Virus record (IMG/VR): IMGVR_UViG_3300036781_000418
Coordinates: 124,001 to 188,000 of that record
Direction: 5' to 3' (one strand)
Length of the DNA: 64,000 bases
The notes beneath the pieces are model-generated. The model saw only the letters and a list, made by a program, of their open reading frames with translations. It searched no databases and was not told the origin of the DNA. The position numbers were made by a program, and so were the translations under genes. Each line of letters starts with the position of its first letter. The first letter of the stretch is position 1. Below are positions 1 to 9,887 of this stretch, one piece after another.

Positions 1-740
1 ACCTTCATGTCCTGGCCACAGTCCTTGCACTTGATAGTCACCACTTGATCAGGACCCCAGTCGTTCAGGTTCTCGGCCGCCTTCGTGATGGACTCGATCT
101 GTGGCGACGTCAGCGTCTTGATCCACTCTTCAATGTGTTCACGCTCCGTGGTGGTGTCTACTGACTCGATCATGCAGAGTAGGTTGTGGACCGACAGCTT
201 CTTCACGTCGTCGATCGTCATCTCCTTCGACATACCAGTCATCTGGAACATCTCAATGACGTCACGGAAGCGGAGTGGGCGGGTCACCACGACTTCACCG
301 GAGCTAAGGGTAACCTGACGAACCGTCTCAATCAAGGTCGGGTCCAACTGCTTCATGGCGAGCAGCATGTTGTCAAGGTTGACGATGTAGGAGTGGTCCT
401 TGGCCTCGGCACAGGTGTGCTTCACCTCGATACCGAACTCATTACCGTACGTTACCAACCGTAGGAAGAACAGCAGGGCGTCGATGTCGCGACCGAAGAG
501 CTCCAGTGGCTTCTTGATGCTCGGTGCGCACTCGGCGACGATGTCCTCGATGGCGCGACCATTGAACAGCAAGTCCTGGTTCTTCAGGCTAATTTCGTTC
601 AAGGCCGACAGCGGCTTGATTTGAATTTCACCGGTTGAGTAGCTGGCCTCCAACTCACCGTTGTGGTACAGGGCACCACGTGACGGCAGCTGGAAGACGC
701 GGCCTGGGAGACGGTGCTTGAGGAGTGGATTGGTTGACAT
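1..740 (-). CDS. Baseplate hub protein, T4 gp26-like (3' end runs off the window)
   Basis: Manual translation from ATG at 740: MSTNPLLKHRLPGRVFQLPSRGALYHNG...IQIKPLSALNEISLKNQDLLFNG...DIDALLFFLRLVTYG...KHTC...C-x-x-C. This resembles gp26/gp51-like hub proteins. It is missing from the ORF track because there is no stop inside the window. Confidence 0.65.
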   Translation of the reverse strand, partial: MSTNPLLKHRLPGRVFQLPSRGALYHNGELEASYSTGEIQIKPLSALNEISLKNQDLLFNGRAIEDIVAECAPSIKKPLELFGRDIDALLFFLRLVTYGNEFGIEVKHTCAEAKDHSYIVNLDNMLLAMKQLDPTLIETVRQVTLSSGEVVVTRPLRFRDVIEMFQMTGMSKEMTIDDVKKLSVHNLLCMIESVDTTTEREHIEEWIKTLTSPQIESITKAAENLNDWGPDQVVTIKCKDCGQDMK

Positions 741-762
741 TCCGTGAGTTCCTTCTGGGATC

Positions 763-789
763 TAAATATGGGGTAGAGGATGGTATTTA
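763..789. promoter_or_regulatory. Pair of oppositely oriented T4-type late promoter boxes (TAAATA at 763-768 on +, 784-789 on -)
   Basis: Both boxes sit in the 78-nt gap between two divergent structural genes. The same hexamer precedes many late genes. Confidence 0.65.
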
Positions 790-818
790 CGACCAACCAC
801 CCAACTCGAAAATGACAC

Positions 819-3800
819 ATGGCGGATACCAACGAAATTGAAGCCCTAAAAACGCTTCAGCGGATCGAGAAGCTGCTGCGTTCGAACTCGGCTACGTCCA
901 GCGCTCCAGCCGCCGAACGGCTGTCCGCAAAACGACTCCCTGGCGGCGCGAACAACGACACCATGAAGGACGCGGCGGACGCGAACAAGACCCTGCGTGC
1001 CGTGGCTGGAGCGTCCAAGAAGCTGAACGCCACGACGATCGCGCTAACGGACTCATTTAAGTCCCTCAACACCGACATTCGTCGTGCCTCGGTTGGCATT
1101 GGTACGTTCACAAGCCAGCTGTCTAAGGCGTTGTCCGCCCTGAAGGGCGAGGTTGCTGGAAAGCCGGCCGAGCAGGCTGAGGTCGTTGGAACTGAGAAGC
1201 CGCTGACTGAACTTGGTGACATGCTCGTCGCCACGACCAAGAACTTTAGCAACCTAAACTCGGAGCTGGAGAAGCTGGTTGGTAACTACGCTAGGCAGGC
1301 GGGCGTTGGCTCTGGTCCAGCCCCACTGCTTGGTGCAATTCCACGTGCTCCTGGCCCAGCACCCGCCCCAGCACCGGCTCCAGGGAAGGTCCCCGGTGCC
1401 CTCCAACAGACCCCGGTGTTGAGCACCATTGGAACGTTCCTTAAGGGGCTCTCGACCTCAACGGTTGGTCTCTACAGTATGACGGAGGTGCTTGGTAAGC
1501 TGTGGAAGGTCACGCAGCAGGTCACCGGTGACTTCTTCGCTCTATCCAAGGTTGGCCTCGGTTCAGCTGGAAACTTGCAGACGTTGTACGTGAACGCCGC
1601 CAAGGCGGGCATGTCGCTGGCTGACTACTCCAAGCTCCTCCAGAACAACGTGTCCTTGGCCGCACGGGCTGGATCACTGAACAACTTTGACAAGCTAACG
1701 TCCGCCGCCGACAAGCAGCTTGCCCAGCTTGGCGTCTTCGGTGAGGACGCCAAGAACCTGCAGGCCACGCTGCTGAACACGGCCACGCTGGCCGGGGTTC
1801 CACAGGCCCAGTTTGCCGACGTCCTGAACGATCAAATTTCAACGTTCGACAAGCTCCGTAAGGTCACCAACCTGACCGCCTCAGAGTTCGCCGACCTTGT
1901 TACGACGGTCTCACAGTCTGATCAAGCCCAAAAGGAGTTGGTTGGTCTCGCCCCAGATGAACGGGCTGCACGTCAAAGCCAGCTCGTTGAGCTGGCCGCC
2001 ACGGGCCGTCAACTTGGTCTGAACGCGGACGCATCGAAGAAGTTGACCGATGCCTTGATCGCCCAGCGCGGTCAGACGGTCAAGCAGCGGTTTGAAGCCG
2101 CTGGCCGAATCCGCCAGCTCGGTGCGTTCCTTGGCTTGGGCGACCAGGCTGAAGAGGCCGCACAGATTACCATGAAGGGTCGTAACGCGACGGTCGAGGA
2201 ACAGCAACGCGCACGTGAGATCGCGGGTAACCTTGATCAGGCCAACCAACAGCAGTACGGTGAGAACGGGTTTGGCGGTCAGAATGTCCAGGACCAACTT
2301 GAAGAGGCGCTGAAAGGCACCGCGTTCGGTGGTCTCATGGAGGCCCAACGTCCAGCCCAACTTGCTGGTCAGTCGGCTGAGGTCTTCAACAAGGACTTTG
2401 GCAAACACGTTGGCGCGTTCGGTCAGGCGGTTGGTAACCTCCTGAAGTACGTGGCCGGAATTGGTGCAAGTCCACTTGGCCCACTGCTGGACGTCGCCGC
2501 CGGCGCGATCGCCGGTGTCTTTGGGAAGTCGCTTATCACGCCGTTGTTCAACATGCTGACCAAGGCGTTCCCAAGTCTGGGCGCCAAGCTGTTCAAGGGG
2601 GTTGAAGGCGGAGCTGAAGCTGGTGGCGGTGGCGTCATGGACAAGATCCGAAGCCTCTTCTCAGCCGCTAAAACGGACGGCGCCGCCCTTGGAACTCGCG
2701 CTCGAGCAAGTATCGCCGGGTTCAAAGAATCTGGCGCTGGCATCCGTGCTGGAGCCGTTGATTGGGTTAAGAACATTGGTCCAAGCACCACCAAGTGGTT
2801 TAAGGACATGGGTGCGACGATCAAGGACCTCAGCGAAACGGTCAAGGCCACGCCAAAGAACGCCTGGGGCGCCACGGTTGACGGTCTAAAATCCATTGGT
2901 TCAACGGTCAAGGATCTAGCGTCAGGTACGAAAACCTTCCTGTCCGACGCGCCGTTGTCTAAGATCGGTACGCTGTTTTCAGATGCGGCCAGCTCGGCTA
3001 AGGTTGGTCTAACTGGGCTTAGCGATATTCTAATCGGTGGTCTCGCCGCAGCCGGTCCCGCTATCAAGACCTTCTTTAAGAGCACGTTCCTCGTCAGCGC
3101 CATCATCGACGGCGTCAGTGAACTGTTTACCGGTGCTATCACCGCGGCCTTCAGTTCAGACGGTGGTGGTATCTTGGATCGCATCGGTGGTGTACTGTTC
3201 GCGGCGCTGCGCGCCATCCCAGCGATGATCACGGACACGATCGACTACATCTTTGGCACGAACCTCACGAACATCCTTGATCAGATTCTGGCCCTAGCAC
3301 GCACCACGCTGATGACGATCTCTGAAAAGGCGGTCGGATTGGTGGTTGAAATCCTGTCCCACATCCCGTTTGTCAAGGACTCAAGGATGTTTAAGGACTT
3401 GAAGGCCTACAACGAGAAGCAGACCAAGGACATCGAGGCTTCCTACGACACGATCTCTCAGCTGCAGGCCGATTCTTCGTCGGACATCATCTCGGTTGGT
3501 AAAAAGCGTAAGGAACAATACGACGCCCAAGAGGATGATGCCAACAAGGCGACTGACAAGGCGATCCAAGCCACGAACAAGTTCAACTCCACCATCATGG
3601 CCGGCTCGGTCACGACCGCGGGCTTGATCGCCGACGCTCAAGCCCTCCAAGGCCAACAGCTCGCCGTGCCAGGAGCGCAGTCCCAGGCAACGGTGAATTC
3701 TCAGGGAGTGACCCAGCAGGCCCCAGTAAATACAGGCACAGATCAAGCTACCGGCGCGCCGAACTCGCAACCAGCCCAGCTCACTCTCGCCGACGTCGTC

Positions 3801-3956
3801 ACCGCGCTAAACAAGCTCATGGCGATCAACCAGCAGAGTGTTGACGCTGAACAACGACAGGTGGAGCTCGCCGAGCAGATGCTGAGCTCAACGGCTCGCA
3901 CGACAAGGACGTTTATGTCCTCTGAGTCGATGAATGCGATGTTGCTGCGCGCCTAA
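819..3956 (+). CDS. Tape-measure-like tail/baseplate protein
   Basis: 1045 aa, rich in Ala/Gly/Leu/Gln, mostly helical, with hydrophobic segments in the C-terminal half. It follows a late promoter and lies next to the baseplate hub and portal genes. Confidence 0.5.
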   Translation: MADTNEIEALKTLQRIEKLLRSNSATSSAPAAERLSAKRLPGGANNDTMKDAADANKTLRAVAGASKKLNATTIALTDSFKSLNTDIRRASVGIGTFTSQLSKALSALKGEVAGKPAEQAEVVGTEKPLTELGDMLVATTKNFSNLNSELEKLVGNYARQAGVGSGPAPLLGAIPRAPGPAPAPAPAPGKVPGALQQTPVLSTIGTFLKGLSTSTVGLYSMTEVLGKLWKVTQQVTGDFFALSKVGLGSAGNLQTLYVNAAKAGMSLADYSKLLQNNVSLAARAGSLNNFDKLTSAADKQLAQLGVFGEDAKNLQATLLNTATLAGVPQAQFADVLNDQISTFDKLRKVTNLTASEFADLVTTVSQSDQAQKELVGLAPDERAARQSQLVELAATGRQLGLNADASKKLTDALIAQRGQTVKQRFEAAGRIRQLGAFLGLGDQAEEAAQITMKGRNATVEEQQRAREIAGNLDQANQQQYGENGFGGQNVQDQLEEALKGTAFGGLMEAQRPAQLAGQSAEVFNKDFGKHVGAFGQAVGNLLKYVAGIGASPLGPLLDVAAGAIAGVFGKSLITPLFNMLTKAFPSLGAKLFKGVEGGAEAGGGGVMDKIRSLFSAAKTDGAALGTRARASIAGFKESGAGIRAGAVDWVKNIGPSTTKWFKDMGATIKDLSETVKATPKNAWGATVDGLKSIGSTVKDLASGTKTFLSDAPLSKIGTLFSDAASSAKVGLTGLSDILIGGLAAAGPAIKTFFKSTFLVSAIIDGVSELFTGAITAAFSSDGGGILDRIGGVLFAALRAIPAMITDTIDYIFGTNLTNILDQILALARTTLMTISEKAVGLVVEILSHIPFVKDSRMFKDLKAYNEKQTKDIEASYDTISQLQADSSSDIISVGKKRKEQYDAQEDDANKATDKAIQATNKFNSTIMAGSVTTAGLIADAQALQGQQLAVPGAQSQATVNSQGVTQQAPVNTGTDQATGAPNSQPAQLTLADVVTALNKLMAINQQSVDAEQRQVELAEQMLSSTARTTRTFMSSESMNAMLLRA

Positions 3957-3974
3957 CTAAAGGATTCCTGACCC

Positions 3975-5714
3975 ATGTCAATGTTTACTGGCTACTGGCA
4001 GATTCTTACGCCGAAGACGCGTAAGGACTTCTACACCACGTTGTCCACCGACGCCTACGACCCTCGTGCAACCGACGGTTCGTCCCTCTCCGCCGTCAGC
4101 TGGTACGCCAGCGTTATGCGTGGCCCAAATACCCGCATGTCGCAGTACAAGCAGTTCGACGCGATGGACGCCGACATCGACATCGCCCGCTCGTTGGACA
4201 TCATCTCCGAGGAGATGACCAACATGGACGACAAGACGAACCTACCGTTCATCATCGACTGGCAGAAGGAGGACAACCAAGACGTGTCCGACTCCGCCGT
4301 CGTGACCGTTCGTGCCGCCCTGCGGCAGTGGACGCAGCTCCAGCAGCTGACACGCCGCAACTTCCAAATTGCACGGAAGATGGTGCTGTACGGAGACTGC
4401 TTCTTCAAGAAGTCGTCTGACACTCGGCGCTGGGAATACGTCGACCCTATCAACGTCGTCGGGATTGAGGTTGACCAGTACGGCAACAAGATCTCGTACC
4501 ACATCAAGCAGCCAACGGCGAACGCTCAGGCGGGCGTGACACGTGGTGACCAAGTCTTCATCGTGCCGGCCGCCGCCATGATTCACTTCTCGATGTCCGA
4601 CGAAATGGGCGACTCCGCTCCGTTCGGTCAGTCGATTCTGCGCCCAATCTACCGCGTCTACCGTCAGCTCTCGATGCTGGAAGACGCGGTGATCATCTAC
4701 CGTATCGTCCGAGCCCCCGAACGTCGTGTGTTCTACCTTGACGTGGGCAACATGAACGCCCAGCAGACGAAGCGCTACATGGAGACCGTCAAGGCCGAGC
4801 AGCGCCAGAAGCGTATTCCAGGCGTCAGCTCGAACAACGCGTCCGACGTTGTCGACGGTGCCTACGATCCACAGTCCATCTCACAGGACCTGTTTTTCCC
4901 CGTTACGGCCGGCGGCCGCTCCTCACGCGTTGAGGTGCTGCCAGGCGGTACTGAGGACTTTGGCACGACCCTGCTGAAGAAGTTTGAAGAGAAGATCTTC
5001 CGCGGTCTGCGTATTCCAACGTCCTACATGGGCGCTTCCACCACCGGTGGTACGGACCCACAAACGAACGACGGTAAGGTCGGTATCGCGTACATCGAGG
5101 AGCTCCGCTTCTGCAAGTTCATTCAGCGTCTCCAGATGCGCATGAATCAAATCTACGACGAAGAGTTCAAGGTCTACATGAAGGTCTGCGGCCTGCAGAT
5201 CGACGATGAAGTCTTCCAGATTCGACTGCCTGAGCCAGCCAACTTTGCCCTGTACCGCCAGGCCGCCCTTGACGCCGACCTTGTGTCGTCCTTCAAGAAC
5301 ATCGAGGACACCGACCTGCTGTCACGTCGTCTGCTTCTCAAGCGCTACCTTGGCCTGACCGACGACGAGATCCAGATGAACGAAGTTCTCCGCAAGGAAG
5401 AGCAAGGTATCGAGGACACGCCAGACTACACGGCGATCCAACAGCTGTACGACCCAGCCATCTACAAGAACCGTGATCCAATCAAGATCAAGAAGGCCAG
5501 TGAGCCTGAACCTGGTGATGAGGGTACCGGTCAAGAGCTTGGTGGCGACATCGGCATCGGCGGCGAGACCGGCGGATTTGGTGGAGGCGAGCAGCCAGGT
5601 GGTGAAGGTAGTGAGGAGGCCGACCTCCTGACACCTGAACCAGAAGAGACCGGTGGCGCTGAGCCAGCCGCTCCGGCCGCCCCAGCAGGTGGTGAAACTG
5701 AACAACCCGCGTAA
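3975..5714 (+). CDS. Portal protein, T4 gp20-like
   Basis: Motifs MLEDAVIIYRIVRAPERRVFYLDVGNM, QDLFFP, RSSRVEVLPGG and ELRFCKFIQRLQ. Has an acidic, Gly-rich C-terminal tail. Confidence 0.95.
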   Translation: MSMFTGYWQILTPKTRKDFYTTLSTDAYDPRATDGSSLSAVSWYASVMRGPNTRMSQYKQFDAMDADIDIARSLDIISEEMTNMDDKTNLPFIIDWQKEDNQDVSDSAVVTVRAALRQWTQLQQLTRRNFQIARKMVLYGDCFFKKSSDTRRWEYVDPINVVGIEVDQYGNKISYHIKQPTANAQAGVTRGDQVFIVPAAAMIHFSMSDEMGDSAPFGQSILRPIYRVYRQLSMLEDAVIIYRIVRAPERRVFYLDVGNMNAQQTKRYMETVKAEQRQKRIPGVSSNNASDVVDGAYDPQSISQDLFFPVTAGGRSSRVEVLPGGTEDFGTTLLKKFEEKIFRGLRIPTSYMGASTTGGTDPQTNDGKVGIAYIEELRFCKFIQRLQMRMNQIYDEEFKVYMKVCGLQIDDEVFQIRLPEPANFALYRQAALDADLVSSFKNIEDTDLLSRRLLLKRYLGLTDDEIQMNEVLRKEEQGIEDTPDYTAIQQLYDPAIYKNRDPIKIKKASEPEPGDEGTGQELGGDIGIGGETGGFGGGEQPGGEGSEEADLLTPEPEETGGAEPAAPAAPAGGETEQPA

Positions 5715-5742
5715 ATAAGCCATCACCCGTATTGGAGTCCCT

Positions 5743-6354
5743 ATGCAACAGATCCTAAAAGAATACCTCGCCCCTCAGGTGGCCAACCTCACCGAGATGA
5801 AGCAACACAATGGGGACACGTACCTCAGCGGCATCTTGATGCAGTCGGAGGTTATCAACGGCAACGGTCGTAAGTACCGTCGCGGCGAGCTTTCATCGGT
5901 CGTCGAAGAATGCTTTAAGAAGCTGAAGTCCGGCATGTACATCATGGGTGAACTGAACCACCCAGATACGCTGTCCATCGACCTGAACAACGTCTCCCAT
6001 GCCATCACCGAGATGCGCATGGACGGCAACAACGTCGTCGGTCGTATGAAGCTGCTCGGCACCCCGAAGGGTCAGATCGCCAAGGCCATCATGGAAGGTG
6101 GCGTCCGGTTGGGCGTCTCCTCACGTGGTACAGGCTCAGTCAATGAATCTGGTGAAGTGTCTGGCTTTAACTTCGTGACGATGGACATTGTGTCCGTGCC
6201 GTCCGCCAAGGACGCCCTACCTGACCTCGTCTACGAGTCACTAAACTCCAAGAAGATCGTCACGCTGGCCGAGTCCGTGGTGCACGATGAGAAGGCTCAA
6301 GCCCACCTGTTCAAGGCGGTGTCCGCACTGATCCAATCGATCACCAAGAAGTAA
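5743..6354 (+). CDS. Prohead core protease, T4 gp21-like
   Basis: NGNGRKY, GELNHP (catalytic His), GVSSRG (catalytic Ser) and DIVSVPS. TAAATA box at 5712-5717. Confidence 0.95.
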   Translation: MQQILKEYLAPQVANLTEMKQHNGDTYLSGILMQSEVINGNGRKYRRGELSSVVEECFKKLKSGMYIMGELNHPDTLSIDLNNVSHAITEMRMDGNNVVGRMKLLGTPKGQIAKAIMEGGVRLGVSSRGTGSVNESGEVSGFNFVTMDIVSVPSAKDALPDLVYESLNSKKIVTLAESVVHDEKAQAHLFKAVSALIQSITKK

Positions 6355-6426
6355 ACCCACGTTCAAAACGTGACAACCGGGTCAGGTAAATACTTGACCT
6401 TCCACTCAACTAAAGGAGTTCATCAC

Positions 6427-6591
6427 ATGGACTACAAAGAAACGCTCACCGACATGGTGAAGACCCTGATCGCACAAGACCAAGAAGGCGCACGCGCCAT
6501 TGCTCAAAGCATCGTTGTGGCAAAGTCACAAGGCCTCATGCACGGTACCTCAGCTGCTGAAGCTGAAACCACCACGCCTGAAGCGGAATAA
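6427..6591 (+). CDS. Small prohead-core-like protein
   Basis: 54 aa from the ATG after an AAGGAG RBS. Lies between protease and scaffold, where T4 has small core genes. TAAATA at 6387-6392. Confidence 0.5.
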   Translation: MDYKETLTDMVKTLIAQDQEGARAIAQSIVVAKSQGLMHGTSAAEAETTTPEAE

Positions 6592-6596
6592 GTCGT

Positions 6597-6633
6597 AGAC
6601 CACCAAAAACGTTGAGTTTTTGGTGGTCTTTTT
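6597..6633 (+). terminator. Rho-independent terminator
   Basis: agaccaccaaaaac / gtttttggtggtct stem followed by a T tract. Confidence 0.8.
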
Positions 6634-6737
6634 GTGTGCTCGCTAAATATCACATGGCGATATTCGACCAAGGTTGAAGAAGCCGGCACAAATACCCGGG
6701 GTCTACGTTAGTGGACCTCACGTTTAAGGAGAAAGCA

Positions 6738-7637
6738 ATGGACGAAATTCTGCAGAAGCTGCTTGAGTCCGAGCTACTCAGTGAAGACACCCGCGCGCTC
6801 ATCAAAGAGCAGTGGACGACCCACGTTGAAGCTTACAAGGCGCAAGTCGCCGAGGAAACTTCCACCAAGGTCCGCCTGGAACTGACCGCTCAACTTACTG
6901 AACAGTTCACGCAAGAGCGTGACGAACTGGTCACGCAAGTCGACTCCCTCATCACTGAAGTTCTTACCAAGGAACTGAAGGAACTGAAGGACGACATCGA
7001 GTACTACCGCGATCTCGAAGCCACCTACGCTGAACGCCTCGTTGAAGAAAAGACTCGTCTCGCTCATGAAGTGCAGACGGAACTTGATCAGCTCGTCGAT
7101 CATCTGGATTCCTTCCTCGACCAAGTCCTCGCCGAAGAGTTCGAAGAACTCAAGGAAGACATTGAAGTCGTGAAGGCCAACCAGTTCGGCAAGAAAATCT
7201 TCGAAGCCTTCGCTGACACGTTCGCCAAGGCGCACGTAGATGAAAAGAGCGCAACCACCAAGCTGACCGTTTCGGAAGGTAAGGTAGTTGACCTGGAAAA
7301 GCGTCTTTCCGAAGCTGAGGAAAGCCGCAACCAACTGGTCCGTGAAGCCAAGCTTGAGAAGGTGCTCGCACCGCTGCAAGGCAAGAAGCGTGAACAGATG
7401 GCGATGCTCCTCAAGTCAATCGACACCGAGAAACTTGACGAGAGCTACAACTTCTTCATTGGCCGCATCATCAAGGGCGACTCGCAAGAGCAGCTTACTG
7501 AAGGTAAGGCTGATGATCGCAAGACCACTGTCGTGACAGGTGACAACACTGGACGCGTGGTTGATAAGACGCCAGCCCAACTGCAACTGGATGAAGAAAT
7601 GAAGAGCTTCTTCCGTGCCGCTGGCATTAAAAACTAA
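6738..7637 (+). CDS. Prohead scaffold protein, T4 gp22-like
   Basis: Acidic coiled coil with KIFEAF motif, directly upstream of the major capsid gene. Many L-x-E sites. TAAATA at 6644-6649. Confidence 0.85.
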   Translation: MDEILQKLLESELLSEDTRALIKEQWTTHVEAYKAQVAEETSTKVRLELTAQLTEQFTQERDELVTQVDSLITEVLTKELKELKDDIEYYRDLEATYAERLVEEKTRLAHEVQTELDQLVDHLDSFLDQVLAEEFEELKEDIEVVKANQFGKKIFEAFADTFAKAHVDEKSATTKLTVSEGKVVDLEKRLSEAEESRNQLVREAKLEKVLAPLQGKKREQMAMLLKSIDTEKLDESYNFFIGRIIKGDSQEQLTEGKADDRKTTVVTGDNTGRVVDKTPAQLQLDEEMKSFFRAAGIKN

Positions 7638-7660
7638 CCCGTCCTCTCTAGGAGAAACAA

Positions 7661-8947
7661 ATGCATCAACTACTCAAGGAACAAGCCACCTGGGAACAAG
7701 CCTCCGGTAAGCTGCTTGAAGGCGTCCCAGCCGACAAGGTCAAGCTGACCAAGGCCCTGATGGAACAGCAACGCGCTGCCATCCTGAAGGAAACCGCCGG
7801 TGGCACTGGCACGATCGCTTCGGCAATCGACAACTTCCAAAAGATCACGATTCCGATGATCCGTCGTATCGTTCCTGGAACGATCTCGACCGACCTCGTC
7901 GGCATGCAGCCAATGTCCGGTCCAGTCGGCCTGGTCTACTCGCTGCGCTTCGCGTTCTCGGAAGCTGTTGACACCAACGGCGCCACGATCAACGACATCA
8001 CCGCTGGTGACGAAGTCTTCGCGAACAACTCGAAGATGAAGCGCTTCTACTCAACCGCAAACGTCGGCACGACTGGTTACCCACCAGCTCTGACCGCCAC
8101 CACCTCGACCGGTGTGTCCGCAGCTACTGCTGACTACGAAGGTTTCGGCGGTCGCGCGCTGCGTCTGCAGGTCCTGAAGCAAACCATCACCGCTGGCTCG
8201 CGTAAGCTGCAAGCACGTTGGACCGTTGAAGCCGCTCAGGACATCACGTCCCAGCACGGCCTCGATCTCGAAAACGAACTGACCGCCGCTCTGGCCGCTC
8301 AGATCGCTCACGAAATCGACAACGAAATTCTGACTGACCTTTTGGGTCTGGCTGGTTCCGTCGGTACGTACGACTTCGCTGCTCAACCAGCGAACCTCAC
8401 CCCGAACTACCTTGGCGACTCGTACGCCAACCTCGGTGTTCTGATCAACAAGCTCGCCGGTGAAATCGGTGCTAAGACCCGTCGTGGCCCAGGCAACTGG
8501 CTCGTTGGTTCTTACCTGATCACCTCCTTGCTGCAGTCTGCTGCGAAGTCCGTGTTCGCTCCTGCGATCGCTGGTTCCTTCGACATGCCAGTCGGCAACA
8601 AGATGGTTGGTACGCTGAACGGTCAGATGAAGGTCTACTCGTACAACTGGGGTCTGAACGACGCCTGGACGATCGCTGACTCCGCCGACAACGCCACTGG
8701 CGCGACCGGTGAAGACATCCTGATCGGTTACAAGGGTGGTGCATCGGAGCTTGACTCCGGTTACTTCTACTGCCCATACGTGCCGCTGATGTCCTCTGGT
8801 GTGATCACTGATCCTAACACCTTCAACCCAGCTGTTTCGCTGATGACTCGATACGGTAAGGCCACGTTCACGAACGCTGGTACTTCCCTCGGGAACTCGG
8901 CTGACTACTACGCACGTATCCGCGTGCTGAACGTCGCCTTCAGCTGA
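7661..8947 (+). CDS. Major capsid protein, T4 gp23-like
   Basis: IPMIRR, VGMQPMSGPVGLVYSLR, SRKLQARWTVEAAQD, EIDNEI, GYFYCPYVPL and LMTRYG. Confidence 0.97.
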   Translation: MHQLLKEQATWEQASGKLLEGVPADKVKLTKALMEQQRAAILKETAGGTGTIASAIDNFQKITIPMIRRIVPGTISTDLVGMQPMSGPVGLVYSLRFAFSEAVDTNGATINDITAGDEVFANNSKMKRFYSTANVGTTGYPPALTATTSTGVSAATADYEGFGGRALRLQVLKQTITAGSRKLQARWTVEAAQDITSQHGLDLENELTAALAAQIAHEIDNEILTDLLGLAGSVGTYDFAAQPANLTPNYLGDSYANLGVLINKLAGEIGAKTRRGPGNWLVGSYLITSLLQSAAKSVFAPAIAGSFDMPVGNKMVGTLNGQMKVYSYNWGLNDAWTIADSADNATGATGEDILIGYKGGASELDSGYFYCPYVPLMSSGVITDPNTFNPAVSLMTRYGKATFTNAGTSLGNSADYYARIRVLNVAFS

Positions 8948-8949
8948 TC

Positions 8950-8970
8950 GAAGCGGCTTCGGCCGCTCTT
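8950..8970 (+). terminator. Hairpin terminator after the capsid gene
   Basis: agcggc-TTCG-gccgct followed by a short T run. Confidence 0.6.
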
Positions 8971-9038
8971 GATAAGTGTTCAAAATGGAACCCACAATGT
9001 GGGTTCCATTTGTGGCATCTGCACCGTACAATTGCTAC

Positions 9039-9236
9039 ATGAGCCTCTACATTGAACACCTCACCACCGCCGATCACCTTATGGCCGCCGGACTGGGGTG
9101 CGTGGTTGTAACAACCCTGTATGCTGGCTTGGCGGTGGTCCTCAACTACTACCATCGAGTTACCGACTTGATCTTCCTGCTGATTGGCGTGGTGGGTTGC
9201 CTCATTATGGTCTACGCCCTCTTTGCCATGATCTAA
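9039..9236 (+). CDS. Small two-TM membrane protein
   Basis: Two hydrophobic segments. Preceded by TTCCAT-N17-TACAAT (9004-9032). Confidence 0.55.
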   Translation: MSLYIEHLTTADHLMAAGLGCVVVTTLYAGLAVVLNYYHRVTDLIFLLIGVVGCLIMVYALFAMI

Positions 9237-9237
9237 T

Positions 9238-9801
9238 ATGACCACCAAAACTAAACCAGCTGACAAGCTGCGGCTTGTGATCTCGCTTCGAAACGAAGCT
9301 CATGATCAGCCGCCAGTTCGACTTGGCTTCATCAACGACTATCGACCTGACCTGGCTGGCTGGGCCGCTAAGCAACACACCCAAGACAACTGGGCGTACG
9401 GCGAAGCGTACGCCCGCAAAGGCGACCCTCCGCGCTACGGATACCATGAAGATGGCAGGGTGTATTCCCTTCGCTGGAAGCGCAGTGAGGTCAACACCTG
9501 GCTGAACGACGTAGATGACGATGGTAAACTTATTCCAATCATTGAAGAGGTTCCAGCCGACCTCCAGCCGACCATCATTAAAAACGTTCCAATGAACGGC
9601 TTCCGCTTGGTCAAAACAGTTACACGTTACAGCACCTCCAACAAGGTCTGGCGCGTTCAAGATCCACGTGGCTTCCAACTTGAGATCAGTTCGGCCAACC
9701 TTGAGACGCTGATCCACAGCACCATCATCTTAGGCGGCCTGATCGACGGCTACTGCGTCTGGAACGGCAAGGTCCTCCAGATCGTGCCCACCCCCACCTA
9801 A
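9238..9801 (+). CDS. Hypothetical phage protein
   Basis: 187 aa with a globular C-terminus (VWRVQDPRGFQLEISSANL) and phage-like codon usage. Confidence 0.6.
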   Translation: MTTKTKPADKLRLVISLRNEAHDQPPVRLGFINDYRPDLAGWAAKQHTQDNWAYGEAYARKGDPPRYGYHEDGRVYSLRWKRSEVNTWLNDVDDDGKLIPIIEEVPADLQPTIIKNVPMNGFRLVKTVTRYSTSNKVWRVQDPRGFQLEISSANLETLIHSTIILGGLIDGYCVWNGKVLQIVPTPT

Positions 9802-9822
9802 CCTTACCACCGTTCAACCTGT

Positions 9823-9848
9823 CAGGCACCCAATGGGTGCCTGTTTTG
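9823..9848 (+). terminator. Rho-independent terminator
   Basis: caggcaccc-aat-gggtgcctg followed by TTTTG. Confidence 0.75.
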
Positions 9849-9887
9849 CGTTCGGAATCGTAAATAGCACTCCAACTAGAGAGTCCC

